A stretch of 64,000 nucleotides of DNA from assembly GCF_001447785.1 (NCBI RefSeq), contig NW_015175976.1, positions 777,486 to 841,485 of the forward strand, read 5' to 3'. This document shows positions 1 through 13,603 of this stretch, piece by piece. The translations under genes were made by a program, and so were the position numbers. The stretch's first letter is position 1. Every line of letters starts with the position of its first letter. The notes under the pieces are model-generated. The model searched no databases and was not told where the DNA came from. It saw nothing but the letters and a program-made list of their open reading frames with translations. This DNA comes from Gekko japonicus. Lineage: Eukaryota.

Positions 1-570
1 GGTATCTACAAGCTCGTCATCCGGCAGTGTTAGATTGTTGCAGTCTTAAGTGCCTTAAACTCCTGACTTAATGCCGCGTGCCATTAGTTGTAAACTGAAT
101 CTGACCCTCTACCACCTTCTGACCTATAATGGCTGATGGATCTTCATTCCCATTTGTATCTGACGAAGAGGTCTTGAAGGTACTGCTGGGCTTGAATTTT
201 GGCCTTCCTAATAAGTGTTGCTGATGATTGGCTTAGAAATAAGTGGAGTACAAAAAGCCTGGCATGGTAGTTTAAGAATGCTGAGCCATAGCAAAGTGGC
301 TGCATTGGATCAGCAGAGTTCTGAAGGGTTGCCGACCCATGAGCCTGCCCGAAGGCCAGCAGCTTCTTAGAGGTCATTTTAAACAGTGTGTTTGGCATAC
401 ATGTGCAAAACCTTTTACCTAGGCATGTAAATCTTAATATTAACATGTGTCACATGAACATCTACCACCGGATGTGCCAGGCGAGTATGTATACTGAGCA
501 GCCAGTGGTTGGCCATGATTCCCTACTGTGTGGACATAGCATGCATTTGTCACCAAGTAACGTGCAAAAC

Positions 571-761
571 GCTGTCAAGTTGAAGCCAATTTATGACAAC
601 CCTGCAAGGTTTTCAAGGCAAGAGACTAACAGAAGTGATGTGCCATTGCTTGCCTCTGCATAGCAACCCTGGACTTCCTTGGTGGTCTCCCATCCAAGTA
701 GTCACCAGGCTGACTGCTTAGCTTATGAGATCTGACAAGATTGGGCTAGCCTGGGCCATCC
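571..761 (-). mobile_element. 5S rRNA-headed SINE (5S-Sauria-like)
   Basis: Reverse complement resembles the 5S internal region (gatctc..aagctaagcag...tacttggatgggagaccacc) followed by a Sauria/RTE-type tail. Multiple copies in the window. Confidence 0.7.
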
Positions 762-1486
762 CTAGTTTTTACTCAGCTGCATGTAATTCAATCCTAGCTG
801 TTATCTGGAGAACATCACAGTAATCTGCATGTTAGAATATGCTGTGCCTTTCAAGAGAGCACCTTTCTGAGAACCCAAAGGCAAAACTATAAACCCATGG
901 TTGGAAATTGACCCCTTCCCCTGTGTATGGATAAACAGAAATGTCTCAAGTACAGCAAAATGTTGCAAAAGGCAACAGTCCTGTAAACACTGCACTGCCC
1001 TGGGGGAAGAACTGTATATTGCTTTCGTCTTTTGTGCATGGAAGAGCCAAAGGGAATTTAATTTGGTCTTCAGTTGGCTCTTAGCAGTAAAGTACTTGGT
1101 TTTTATTTATTTATTCCATCTCCTTAGAGCTCCGAGGGCAGCTTACAAACTGTGATGTCACACAATGACTTACTTTATAGGTATTGATTTTGTTATGGAT
1201 CTGTTTTAATGTTTTGTGAACAACCTTTGATATTTTAACATGAAAGTAGTATAAAGTCTAGTAAAAATCTTTCTCTGGGGATGCTATTCTATTGGGTACC
1301 TCCCAGCGAAGATCTCATCCCTGGTTGCTAGTACTTATCTAGCCTCTGAAGAAGCACCGGAGGCAAGGTCTCTGGTAAATATTTAGACATACTGCCTTTA
1401 GATACTGTCTTATCTATGTTTGTAGGCCCCAGGCTCCATTGCTGGGTGAGTTCTTTGGCTTATCTTTAGCTTTCCTGCCTTTACAG

Positions 1487-1669
1487 GTATTGGTGGCGGA
1501 ATCATTCACCAAAACGAATTGATCCACGGGAGTTCTTTTTGTGCTGCCGAGCTCGGGCACATCATGGTAGCCTTGGATGGTCCAGAGTGCCTTTGTGGGA
1601 GCCACGGCTGTATAGAAGCCTATGCTTCTGGAATAGCCTTGCAGAGAGAAGCTAAGAAACTGCACGACG
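1487..1669 (+). CDS. GNE: GNE coding exon (ManNAc kinase/ROK domain; antepenultimate coding exon)
   Basis: ttacag|GT acceptor, GACG|gtagga donor, 183 nt. Encodes [49 protein letters not shown], with the ROK zinc motif ELGH..CxCGxxGCxE. Confidence 0.96.
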
Positions 1670-2336
1670 GTAGGACCAGAATTGTTCTTCACATTTATTT
1701 CCAGGATGCAAATGGAACCAATGGGAAAGCTATGAGAATGGGACCAATGGGGGGGGGTGGAATCTTTAGCACTCCAGCTTAAATAACTGTAGAGCTGGAA
1801 TACCCCTTAACACTGTGCTCTTAAGGAGAAAATCACAGGAATTCTTTCCAAAGCACTTTGTTCTGATACATGTGTGCTGCCAGTGGCTAAGTCAGTGCAG
1901 AGCATTTCAAAGAGCTGGTCTAGATGCGTACTCAGAGAAGATATGCACCAGGCAGGCACTCTGATGAAGAATGTGCAACTCTGAGGAGACCGGGGGAGGG
2001 ACTCTTTCTGCAGTCCAGAAGAACTGCATTCTCATCCCTGTTCCATGAGACATCACATGGATGCTGTAGACGGAACATAGAGGCTGGCTCTCAGGAGTAA
2101 ATAGGTGGGGACTTGCCAGCCTGAGTAGACTCACTGAATAGGGTTGCTCCGGAATTGCTCCTATATTTTACAGGTTAAAAAAACTTCCAGTTTCAAGTTT
2201 GACGTTTTTGTTGCTTCCCTGATTCTTCCTGGTACCTTATAATGCAAAATTAGAGTTGCCCTTAATGTATATAATGTAGATGTGGACCATTCATTTTCTT
2301 TTCTTTTTGGTATTTTTTTTTCCCCATTTCGTGTGT

Positions 2337-2540
2337 GGCCGTGCCTGAAAATCATGGCGACCTCTGGCGATGCCTACTGGGGCACGGAGGATGTTCAGAG
2401 AAGTGGCTTGATAGCCTTACCCTGCCTCCCGGCCTTTGTATTCTTTGGAGGTCTCCCATCTAAGTACTTGCCAGGGTTGGCCCTGCTTAGCTTCCGAGAC
2501 CTGACGAGATTGGGCTTGCCTGGGCTATCCAAGTCAGGGC
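2337..2540 (-). mobile_element. 5S rRNA-headed SINE (5S-Sauria-like)
   Basis: Reverse complement gcccaatctcgtcaggtctcggaagctaagcagggccaaccctggcaagtacttagatgggagacc is close to 5S rRNA. Near-duplicate at 46922-47121. Confidence 0.75.
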
Positions 2541-3813
2541 GGTCATTCATTTTCTGTCTTTTTTCTTAAATCCCAAGTACCTGTACAGAGCCACACAAAA
2601 GCCAGTCCTTGCCAGATATAAGAGACCCCGTTAGGCCTTGAACAACTTCCAAGGTCCCCTTGCCTCTCTGTAGGAGGTCTCGCCCTCCTGCTGGATGATG
2701 TTTGCATGAGGTGTTCAGGAGACACAGCAGAGGGGGGGACCTTGGAGAACTGCTGCAGGTCAGCATTGTGTAGTAGTGGTTAGAGTTTTGAACTAGGATC
2801 TGAGAGTCCCAGATTTGAATCCCCACTCTGCCATGGGAGCTTGCTGGGTGACCCTGAGCCAGTCATACTTTCCCTCTCCAGCTGTCCCAAGCCCCAGTCT
2901 GACATTAACCCCTACACCACACTTTATGAGATCATATATGTTTGAGTAACTGTATTGGTTAAATTCTTGCCATTTTCCAAGTCTTCTGAGGGCTTCATTT
3001 TCACAGTGAACCTTTTGACTGTAGCTAATTGCAAAGCCTCAATGGCATACCTTGTAACTTGTTGATATTCTGCCTAAATCACGCCACTTTATAGTAGAAT
3101 TGGTGTTGTCAGTGGTCATTGGAAGGCAGCTGTCCTTTAACTGGTGCAGGGGAGAAGGAAACGACAATGGAAAGAAAATCTGTAGAACAGGAAGGAAGGC
3201 TGTGATCAGAGGCTGCGAGAAGAAACTGGCTGAGTCCATCGGAAAGACACACTGATCTGGGATGTGACATGCAGCCTTGGCTATCTTGCTGTTTTCCTGT
3301 GATACTTCTGCATGTTGAGTGACTCCACACTCAGTAGATCAGTGGGATAGCCCACCAAAAGTGAATTTAGAGCTTGGGAGGGTGATCCTATCCTACCACT
3401 CTGCTGAGCAAGGTTTATGAAACTTTTAATATATGTCTTCATTTATGTCCTTTCTTATTGGCTCAAGTTCGAAGTCTTTCTACCATCTAAGGAACCTTCC
3501 TCCAACTCAGATGGATCTTCTGTTGGAGAAGCACCACTTGGAAAATCTCCTTAGGCTGCAGAAAGGCAACTTTGAGGATGGTTGGATCCACCCCACTGTC
3601 TGTATACATTGCAACAACATAGTTAATAGTCTGGTTCCACTGTCCACCTCAGGTCCTGTATGTGAAAGTTATAAGCCTGAACTTCCTTCTTTTTGAATGG
3701 TTGGCTGAAAGTGGCAAAGCATCAGTCTGCTCAATGGTATTTTTTTCCTGTTTTAACTGCTTGTTCACCACTACCGTGTTTCTTCCTCCCACCCCCTGCT
3801 TCATCCCAAACAG

Positions 3814-3930
3814 AGGATTCATTGTTAGTGGAAGGGATGTCTGTAAAGAAGGAAGAGACGGTAACTGCCGCACATCTCATTCAGGCAGCTAAACTGGGAA
3901 ATCCAAAAGCTGAGCACATCGTTAGAACCG
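3814..3930 (+). CDS. GNE: GNE penultimate coding exon
   Basis: aaacag|AG acceptor, ACCG|gtaagg donor, 117 nt, phase-compatible with neighbours. Encodes (E)[38 protein letters not shown]. Confidence 0.95.
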
Positions 3931-4157
3931 GTAAGGGAAGCTGAGATCAGTCAGAACTCTTTCTTAGAATCCCATCTAGTGATAAAAGCTGTGTTGCAGA
4001 TCTTGTTGTTCAGAGGGCATCATCCACATTCACAGCATTTTACAGAGCCATATTAGCAAGAAAACAAAAAAAGCCTTGCACGAGGGAACTTAAATTTTAA
4101 GTTTTGCTATTACAGAGGCTAGAGGGGGAACTTAAGAGTTGAAGCTAGATAGGACGC

Positions 4158-4330
4158 ATGCTAGGTAGGAAAAGAAGGAGACCCAACGTAAGATGGATTG
4201 ATTCAGTAAAGGAAGCCAGGGCCTTCAGTTTGCAAGACCTGAGCCAGGCTGTTAGTGATAGGATGTTTGGGAGGTCATTATCTCATAGGCTGTCTTATGT
4301 CAGAAGCCACTTGATGGCACACAGTGCGCG
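4158..4330 (+). mobile_element. RTE/BovB-type LINE 3' fragment
   Basis: Translates GRKRRRPNVRWIDSVKE..., the typical RTE ORF C-terminal motif (GRRxRGRPxxRWxD), followed by an RTE-type 3' tail. Confidence 0.7.
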
Positions 4331-5417
4331 CACACAAGAGAATGCATTTAGAAACTCAGTTTTTGTTTCAAGGGGAAGCGAGTCCATAGTTTCCTTGGGT
4401 GTATGCAGAGGCATGCTTGCTGCTGGAAAGTTGGCTCTGTCCAAAGCAATGTTCAGACATTTTACAGACAATGTAGGGGAGGCCATTGTTGCTTGGGGGG
4501 CATGTCCTGATGGTTGTTTCCTGTGCTCTTTGCTGGATCCTCTTAACATCAGCCCCACCCACAAAGCATATGTCCTTTTAGGACTGAATTGATGTATACA
4601 AGGGATCTAATTGGAGAGATACCAGTGGGCAAGGAGCAGTATTTGTTAAGCCTTGGGCAAGCAGCCATGTACCATAGGGGAAGGCAAGGCTGTCCCTTAG
4701 ACTTTCACTAGCTAATATGGCTTGAAAGAGGATTCCTTCCTGATCCCAGATCATATACGTGAAGAGCTTCCCTCCAGCTAGTGTAAGGCCTTACAAGAAT
4801 ACAGATGTGGGTTCCTTCCTGTAAGTCACCAGCACTATGCTGAGAGACTTTACAGCTTTACTTGGAAACTGGGTGGGGGGAATTCCTTCTTCTTTTACCT
4901 CTTTGTTCTAGAGAAACTGTTGGAGAAATTCCATAGATAGAAGCTTTTTATCTCTCCTTGCCCACACATGTCCCTGCTGTGCTTTTAATGATTTAACAAT
5001 TAGAACATCTCTATTTACTAAGCAAGTAAAACCAACAGGTGGCAAAATGTTCTCTGTAAAGATGGGATTTGCCCAGGGAATCAAAACTCTTTTCACCACG
5101 CTGTTTGAGCTGTTCTGTACTGTTTTCTGGGAGAACTTTCCTTTTGGCTATTTGTAAGTGGCATGAGAGGATCTTGGTTGCTCGTGGTATGGTATGCTTG
5201 TCCTGTTGTTTTCCCTGGTAAACAAGCTCAGTTGATTTCTGCAGCATTTTGGTTGCCTGCAAAATGTGTCTGACCAAAGATGACAGTGGGGCAAAATAAA
5301 TGTCTTTCTACATATACAATAGCAACGCTACCTCTGTTTTTTCTGACTCCCCTGAAAAGCTGTTGTCTCTTTTATAGCCTTTATTGTCCCTAACTCTCTT
5401 CCCTGTTTTCTGCACAG

Positions 5418-5653
5418 CGGGAACCGCTCTGGGCCTTGGAGTCGTGAACATTCTGCATACCATCAACCCCTCACTTGTGATCCTTTCTGGCGTCTTAGCA
5501 AGTCACTACGTCAACGTTGTCAAAGATGTGATCCATCAGCGGGCCTTGTTCTCCGTGCAGACGGTGGATGTGGTCGTTTCGGACCTCGTGGATCCCGCCT
5601 TGTTGGGGGCTGCCAGCATGGTCCTGGATTATACCACACGCAGGGTATATTAG
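5418..5653 (+). CDS. GNE: GNE last coding exon
   Basis: tgcacag|CG acceptor. Encodes [31 protein letters not shown]...LDYTTRRVY then TAG, matching the GNE C-terminus. Confidence 0.97.
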
Positions 5654-8600
5654 GGAAGACCAGAGAAGTATATTTAATGGAGCTTTGGTGACACTTTGGG
5701 AGGAGCAGTTTCCTACCAAACACGAGCTGTCCTTTTCATATTAAAGTAGATGGATTTTAGGCAGGCCAGCAGGTACCTCAATACCTCTTTTATCTGATTT
5801 TTTTTTTTAATGACCTATTCCATTCTCTTTCTCATATCTGCACCCTGCAAGCTCAGGTGTGGTTACCTGGTGCATCAAAGGTGATTCAGTATGAAGATCT
5901 CATAGACTTGTCTGGATTAAGTGTGCTGCGCTAAGCAAATCCTGGTGGATGCTGGGATCCTACACCTTTGAAAGTAAAGATGAGCCACATGAACTTACTG
6001 TCTGGTGCGTACGGGTTTTCCAGTCGTCGCAACAGGAGGAAATGGAGATCTGCTCTAAACGAGTGAAGAAACCTCTCTCGCAGATGTGTGCGACGATTCC
6101 TGCCTCTGTGAAGACCAAAACAGGCCGCTGTAATCAACAGAGGCTACTGCTAAGACTATTTTATGACAGAGAGATTATCCGGTTATTTATTGCTGAAATA
6201 ATATAAGAACCTTAGTTTGGAAGAAGAGTCTAGCAACATGTGATGCACTTATGAAGGTCGCTTCCAGGAGCTTATTAGAACACACTGAGATGAAGAGAAA
6301 GGTGGACTGAATGTTCAGTTCTGCCTCAGTCATCTGTATTTTTTTTTAAATTATCTGTCTCCTCTGATTTGGAGGTAAGGACATGTCCTGGTTTAGTTTT
6401 TTCCCAACAAGTCCTCATGTTCTTGCCTATGTAAACGGTGTCATGTTTCATTGATGTCACAGGCTGCTTTCATGCTCATTGATCCAGCCTGCCAGAACCT
6501 GGCTGAAAAGAGTTGTATGAGTCTATGTGAACATTCTATGTGAACATGCCTGCTTTGTCGTCTGGATATGCTGACTTGGAGCAGGAGGCTGAACTTCACA
6601 CTTAAACTGGCCTTCAAAGGTGGGCACAGGTTTTAGCAGCCCCCCCACACACATAGTCTGCTTACCTGTCAGCTGAGAGATCCTTTTCTTTTGTACCCAC
6701 AGGATCCACACACAGGAGGATCTCTGCTAGGCAATACTTTGTGACGTAGTTCCTCTGTAGCCTCTGCCAGTGTTGCTCTGAGGAGCTGTCACATGGTCAT
6801 ACGGGACAAGATTTGAAACGGTTAAGCTGGAAAGACATTGGTGGCAGTCACATAAGAGGAGTCTGGTGTAAGAAAGTGACATGTTTCATCTTGAGTTCCT
6901 TGAAGATGGCATGACTTTTGACTAGCAATCCTACCAAATGTTCATGGCAAAAATGTGGTTAAGGGTTCCCTCCACGCCCCAGCTTCAGTTGTGAGGGGGG
7001 GAAATATGTTCTAGGCTTTAAGACCAATTCCATGTGGTAATGATATATCTTCCTGTTGGGTTTTATCTGTAATGTGCAAGAATGGCCAGTTTTCCTTTGT
7101 TTTGCCTTGGATTTTCTTGGTCTGAAAGTTCCATTAATGATCCAGTTGGATTAGAGCATTGCAGGTACACAGCGACAGAAGTCTTAACAGGTTACTGCTG
7201 TTACCCTTTTTGGAACATTTCCAGCTTACTTCCTCTCACCATTTTGTGTGCCATGACATTGCGGGGGGGGGGGACCCCTGTAGATCTGGCTGTCTTGAAA
7301 CGTGTGTGCCTCTTTCATCTGCAGAGGACTAATTCAGCAAGGGTTAGTTTGTGGCTGAAATTTCTAAATACTTTCCATCCCGGTCCAAATATCCATGAGT
7401 GCAGCAGAAGGCTCTGCACCCACTGCTTTGCTTGCCAGGACCCCACAGTTCTGAGATACGATCAGAGGTTATCAAAGGCTATGCTGGTCTTCTGCTCGGT
7501 AGAAGGGGGAAAGGACTGGAATAAGCCTGGATATGCTGGATCTGGAACAGTGGTCTGCTTCTCTGCACCCCCTTTAAACCAACAGGTATGGCTCTTCTTC
7601 AGTGCAGAAGTTATTGCCATGCTGCCATTGGCCCATTGTCAAGAGTAAGAGGCATTTCATTCCATCCAACCACCTTTTCTGCGAAATATTTTTCCCCTAT
7701 CTCATTCATACATACATAAACTGGAGTTCAGCAATATGGCCTTCTCCGTTCACTTCCTTCCCCTCTGTGGTCTCTGGGAGAACAGTGTAACTTAAAGCAG
7801 AGCCACCCCCTTCTACACCTGTTGATTTAGGGTAGAGCTTAATTTAGGATTGCACCGTAAACCATGTTAGAGAAGTAGTATTCATGAACACTTCGAACTG
7901 ACTGACATCTTCCACTATCTTTGCCACTTCCCTTTTGGCAGCACTAGAAGTTCAAAAAGTGTTCATTGATGCCAGTAGCTGTGGTCATCCCGTCCCCCAA
8001 AATAGCATCTAAGTACAGTGTCTCATACTTGGATGTTCATTAACAACCAGCCTATTTCTAGGCTTATTTTCCTTCTAAGAATAGAATAGACTGGGTACAG
8101 TCTGTGCACTGTCCTGGTAAAGATATGTTGTCGAATGATCCTCTGTGTAAGCAACCAAATCTCCCTTTTCTGTTCATTTTGGCAAGCCTCCAGTTGTTGA
8201 TCTCATTTAGTTTCCCCCTTATTCCCCATGCCACTTTCAGTTTCCGTTTCTGGTTCTTTGGAGGCCTTTGGCTTTGTTTTTCTGCTTTTGGAACTCTTAC
8301 CACGATCCTTTGCCAGTGAGTGTACTGTCTGAGTGGCTAGAGTTTGGCATCATTCAAACTCATTTGGGTTTCACTGCCCCATGTTTTTAATTCCAAGTCT
8401 GTAACTTTTTCCATTCAGTTTTTCTTCCAGACGTTTGCCTCTTTCCTGCAGCTTACTTCTTTCCATCCATGACTAAATTGTTATCCTTTTCTTTTAATTG
8501 CTTTTCTAGGTTTACTTGATTATTTTCCCCATCGTTTACTCCCTGCTTGTGCATTTCTTTCTTAAAACAACAAACTTATTTTTTATTTATATATAAATCC

Positions 8601-8851
8601 AGCTTTTCAAAACCAGGATGCTGTTAATCGAGAATATTGTAGTAAAAACAAGACCAACAGTAGTCCCCCCTCCCCCTTCAATGAACTAAAAGGAAACCAA
8701 GGCACGGAAAAGGGCAAATACTGGAAAGACGACTGCCAAGGTGTGTCACAAAGGGGAGAATTCCTAAAAGGAAACTATTCAGAGAAATGTGACACTGATT
8801 TTGTAACATTTGGAAATAGTTGTAACATGTGAATGTTGTAATCAGTTTTTA

Positions 8852-8857
8852 AATAAA
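8852..8857 (+). terminator. Probable GNE polyadenylation signal (implies ~3.2 kb 3' UTR)
   Basis: AATAAA preceded by TGTA motifs and followed by a GT/T-rich downstream element (ggtttcatggttttttgtacgctttgtgtc). Confidence 0.55.
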
Positions 8858-10298
8858 GGTACGCTAGTTGGGTTTCATGGTTTTTTGTACGCTTTGTGTC
8901 ATCCGTATCAAAGTTAAGAGTTAATTAAGCATCACCGAAAAATTTAGCTGCTACTTCTGGCCATACCCTTTTAGGCATCTGAGAATTTAATCAAGAGGAG
9001 CCAGCGTTCAAGATGCCCATCTCAAGTCAGCCTTGTTAGTAACTTTGTCCATCCACAGTGTGATTTCTCCAGCCAGAGTAACAGATCTTGCTTCAGTTTC
9101 CTTTTGGACCAGGGATTGGGGCAGTTTATTGGGATGTAGTCTTTAAGATTTATCTTACTGCTGGATCTACCTTCGGGTTTCCATTTACTGATCTTCCCAT
9201 GCCCTGTGTGTTGACGTGCAGTTGTGGAAGTATTTAAATCCGAAACTGAGGGCCAGGAAGAGGAGCGGAAGAGAGCTAAATGTCCGTTTTAGATAGCTGG
9301 TATCTCTTTCATGCACAAAGGAAGTTCTTGTACTAAAAATGCTTTTAATTGTTTCAGGAGGTAACTTTGCAGCACTCCCTTCCCTCCTGCCTCTAGTCCT
9401 GGCATAGTTTCCAAATGAATTAATTTGGTGTTTCTGTTTAATATTTTTATATTCCTCCACATTCTTTCCACATAGGGGGCTCAGAGCTGCATAAAAGAGA
9501 TACAAACAATAAGGCAGCTGCTATAAGTTGCCTTGAGCCAAGCAGAAAGGTGGGATATAAATGTTTTAAAAAGTAAGTAGACAGTAAAATGCAAACAATA
9601 ACACATACAAGCCAGTGTGCCCCTTAACTAGGACAAGCTGCAAGGCACAGATTGAGAGGCAAGAGCCCTTTGGCTGGTGCCTCTGGCCAAGCCCAGCCTT
9701 TCAGAGACCTGCACAAAGGGGAGGGGCCAATGCTCAGCTGACTCAGGTTCTGCGGCATACGGAGTCTGCAGTCCAACACCTTCGTTATAAGCGGTATTCC
9801 AGAGCTGTTGTAATAAGTCGACTTTACCTTTCTTCGTTATTATCATTAAAACCTATCATCAACTCATTTAAAACCTATACTGATAGAATATCAGACAAAT
9901 GTAAATCCAATGACCTGTATCAAACCAGCAGTCAACATTAGCTCAAAGAGCAAATATTAGTACAGCAGCGGAATTGGCCCAACTCTAGGTATAGCTTCTG
10001 TAAGCATTAATGAGATAGGACAAGCGAGTGTCTAAAGGGGAATTTATTTTTAAAGTTGTTAACCTAAGTTTTAATCTCTGTTTCTTCCCTAGAGGGAGAG
10101 GCTTGTGTGCAGTCCTCACCTGACAGCTTGCTGCTCACAGCCCCAAGGGAACTGTGTCTCCAGCAACTGCTTGTTATTGCTGGTTTCCCAACTCTCCTAG
10201 GAAGCTGATCTTCCTCTAAACAAGTATCAGAGGAACGGCTGCCCCATTCTTGCCATATCTGCAGTGTAGCCTGCCTCCGCTGCCCAAGGATGTAGTGG

Positions 10299-11425
10299 TA
10301 AGAACATAAGAGAAGCCAATGTTGGATCAGGCCAAAGGCCCATCCAGTCCAACACTCTGTCACACAGTGGCCAAAAATACCAGGTGCCATCAGGAGTGAG
10401 GCCAGGACACTAGGAGCCCTCCCATTATTGACTCCCCCCCCCAAGCAACAAGAATACAGAGCATCCCTTGCCCCAGAGTCCCTATCTATACCTTGTGGCT
10501 AATAGCCACCGATGGATCTCTGCTCCATATGCTTATCTAATTCCCTCTTGAAGCCGTCCATGCTTGTAGCCGCCACCACCTCCTGTGGCAGTGAATTCCA
10601 TGTGTTAATCACTCTTTGGGTGAAGAAGTACTTCCTTTTATCTGTTCTAACTTGACCGCTCAGCAGTTTGAGTGCCCACGAGTTCTTGTATTGTGAGAAA
10701 GGGAGAAAAGTACCTCTTTCTCTACCTGCTCTATCCCATGCATAATCTTATAAACCTCGATCATGTCACCCCTCAGACATCATTTTTCTAAGCTCATTAG
10801 CCCCAAGTTCTTTAACCTTTCTTCATAGGGAAAGTGTTCCAACCCTTTTATCATTCTATTTGCCCTTTTCTGCACTTTTTCCAAAGCTATAATATCCTTT
10901 TAAGGTGTGGTGACCAGAACTGTACACAGTGCTCCAAATGAGGTTGCACCATTGATTTATACAGGGGCATTATTATACTGGCTGATTTGTTTTCAGTTCC
11001 CTTCCTAATAATCCCCAGCATAGCATAGCATTGGCCTTTTTTATTGCAGTCACACACTGTCTCAACATTTTCAGTGAGTTTCCTACTACAATTCCAAGAT
11101 CTCTCTCTCGGTCACTCTCTGCCAGTTCGGACCCCATCAACTTGTATTTATAGTTAGGATTTTTGGCTCCAACGTGCATCACCTTGCACTTGGCCACACT
11201 GAACCCCATTTGCCATGTTGACGTCCACTCGCCCATCCTCGACAGATCCCTTTGGAGTGCCTCACAATCCTCACTGGTTTTCACCACCCTGAACAACTTC
11301 GTATCATCCGCAAATTTAGCCACTTCACTGCTTACTCCCAACTCCAAATCATTAATGAACAAGTTAAAAAGCATTGGACCGAGTACTGATCCCTGCGGTA
11401 CCCCACGGCTTACCACCCTCCACCA
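10299..11425 (-). mobile_element. CR1 LINE, 5'-truncated, with reverse transcriptase remnant
   Basis: ORF 10973-11434 contains GVPQGSVLGPMLFNLFINDL and FADDTKL (CR1 RT). Squamate CR1 3' end (taagaacataagag...ggatcaggcc) at ~10300. Confidence 0.93.
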
Positions 11426-11642
11426 CCCTGCCACAGGACTGGAGATTCAGGGAGAACAGGTCTTATCAGTGGATACTCGGCATGCTGACTAAAGGGAATC
11501 TTCATATTCAGAGGTAATAAACCTCTCAACACCAATGCCAAGAGGCAACATGAGGGGAAGGCCTTGGATTCCTATGCCGTTTGTTGGTACTCCAGGGTTC
11601 ACCGCTGTGTTTATAAAAGAGAGGACTGGGGGGGTGGGGGTG

Positions 11643-12085
11643 GGACATGATAGAGATTTATAAAATCATGCATGGGATGGAGAGCTGACAGAAATTTTTC
11701 TCCCTCTCCCAAAATACTGGAATTTGAGGGCATCCAGCAAAACTGATGGGCCGTAGGCTCAGGATGGACAAAGGAAATGTTACTTTACACAGAGTGATTA
11801 AAATGTGGAATTCGCTGCCAGAGGACGGAGTGATGGCCATATACGTGAAGAGCTTTAAAGGGGGATTAGGGAGCTTCATGGAGGATAAGTCTTATCAGTG
11901 GCTACGAGCCATGGTGACTGAGGGGAACCTCCCCATTCAGAGGCACTAATCCTCTGAATCCCAGAGCCTGGAGGCAACATCAGGAGAAGGCCTCGGCCTT
12001 TGGCCCCTGGTTGGTCACTGTGTGAGACAGGATGCTGGACTAGATAGACCACTGATCTTACCCAGCAGCACCACTCCTTTTGTTC
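11643..12085 (+). mobile_element. CR1 LINE 3' fragment (opposite orientation)
   Basis: gacatgatagagatttataaaatcatgcatggg...aaaatgtggaattcgctgccagagga: CR1 ORF2 C-terminus (RVIKMWNSLPE) plus 3' UTR, complementary to 10300-10770. Confidence 0.85.
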
Positions 12086-12188
12086 CAGTTGTAGTAGAGG
12101 GTGGGAAGTTGTGGCTATCTTGGGGGGTAGGTTAGTTTTATGGACCCTCTGAACGTTCCATGGTCCGCCTTTCCCTCTATCACTGATG

Positions 12189-12392
12189 CAATGCTCCCTC
12201 TAAGCTCTGGAGTCTTGTGAGCAAAAATTCTACTTTGTGAGCTACTGGCATTAAAGTTGTGAGCGAGCGATTTGGCTACTGCATAAATTACTTTGCTCTG
12301 GAGTCATCCTCCCTGAGCTAAGACAAAAATATGTGAGCCGGAGGCTAAAAAACTGAGCTTGCTCACACTAACTCAGCTTAGAGGGAATGCTG
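12189..12392. mobile_element. hAT-type MITE (204 bp), copy 1
   Basis: Terminal inverted repeats (TIRs) caatgctccctctaagct / agcttagagggaatgctg; 8-bp TSD cactgatg/cactggtg. Close copy at 24964-25167. Confidence 0.85.
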
Positions 12393-12571
12393 CACTGGTG
12401 ACATCTCAAACATCCTACTTGGGTACATATGTCATAATACGCCTGAAGCACAGCAAAGTGACTGAGACAAATATACCCACCGACAGAGGGCAATGTTGTG
12501 CTTGGATTTAAAGATAAAAACAGCTACTGTAAGGAAGTCTGTTATTCAGATGTTAGGATCTAAGTTAGGAA

Positions 12572-12710
12572 CAGAACAAAATTTGAATCCAGTGACACCT
12601 TGAAGACCAGCCAAATTTTTATTCAAGGTATAAGCTTTCGTGTGCATGCATGAAGTAAAACTGTTGGTCTTAAAAGGTGTCATGGACTCCTTTGTTCTGC
12701 TGCTTCAGAC
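12572..12710. mobile_element. Penelope-derived short inverted-repeat element
   Basis: Imperfect inverted arms (cagaacaaa..tccagtgacacctt..aagaccagc / gttggtctt..aaggtgtcatggactc..tttgttctg). The minus strand reads tgcatgcacacGAAAgctt, a partial hammerhead core. Confidence 0.6.
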
Positions 12711-13603
12711 CAATCTAAGTGAGGAACGGTGATCTCAGACATTCCCATTGAAGGCAGCTTCTTACCAAGAGGGGTCATATTGTTGCTTGAATGTCTGCTG
12801 TTGTCCTGTTTGAGCAGTAAATAAGAGCTTGCTGAAAATTCCTTTTCATACCAAATTTAGTAGGGACACCTTCGTAGGGTCCCCCCCCCCTTTTGGTCCA
12901 CTTTTAATTACTGCACACTGTTCAAAATGTGGGCAAATTCTTGCTTTTATAGCCATGTTCTTTCCTTACAACTGTCTAGGTCAACTTTAGTGTTTCTATA
13001 ATTTTTAGTAGCAAACCATTAAACTCCTTGTTCTGAAGTGGCCCATTGAGTGCCATATTAATCATCGCCCAACTTCACACAGTCTTATCTCCTGTAATGA
13101 GAAAATATTACAGTGCTGAGTACTTATAAAGACTAGAAACAAAATTGGTTGAATTACTGGGACATAATCTGCTGCATTCTCTAATGTTTCTCTTGTCCAG
13201 TGAGAGAGGATGATTTCACCTCATTATTAATGTGAAGTTTGTTTTCTTAAAATATTAATTTTTAGGGCCACCAGTGATTCAGGTACAGCAGTGCGTCTCC
13301 AGTGGATCCGCACTCACAGAGTACTTCCAGTCACAAATCAGACGAATTATAAGTTTCAAACATTTTACTGAAGAGTTTGATATACACCAATTACAATGAA
13401 AACAACAATGATTTCTTAACAATTAAATCATTTAAAAATTAGATCAAGAAAAAAAGTTTCAGCAAGACCTCAATTAAGTAGGTTAAAGAATAGATACTCC
13501 AGATTATTAAATGTTTTAAATCAAAATTCCACTGCTGGAGTACCCCTATAGCCATGATCAACAGCAAAAGAAATGTTATTTTAACCTAAATTTCTAAGCA
13601 AAC

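Noticed and set aside
2337-2540. Possible 5S rRNA gene
   Set aside because: Only the internal 5S segment is present, diverged and fused to a SINE tail; dispersed copies indicate a SINE.
7082-7648. 188-aa ORF downstream of GNE
   Set aside because: No recognisable domain or splice context; lies in the probable GNE 3' UTR; consistent with chance.
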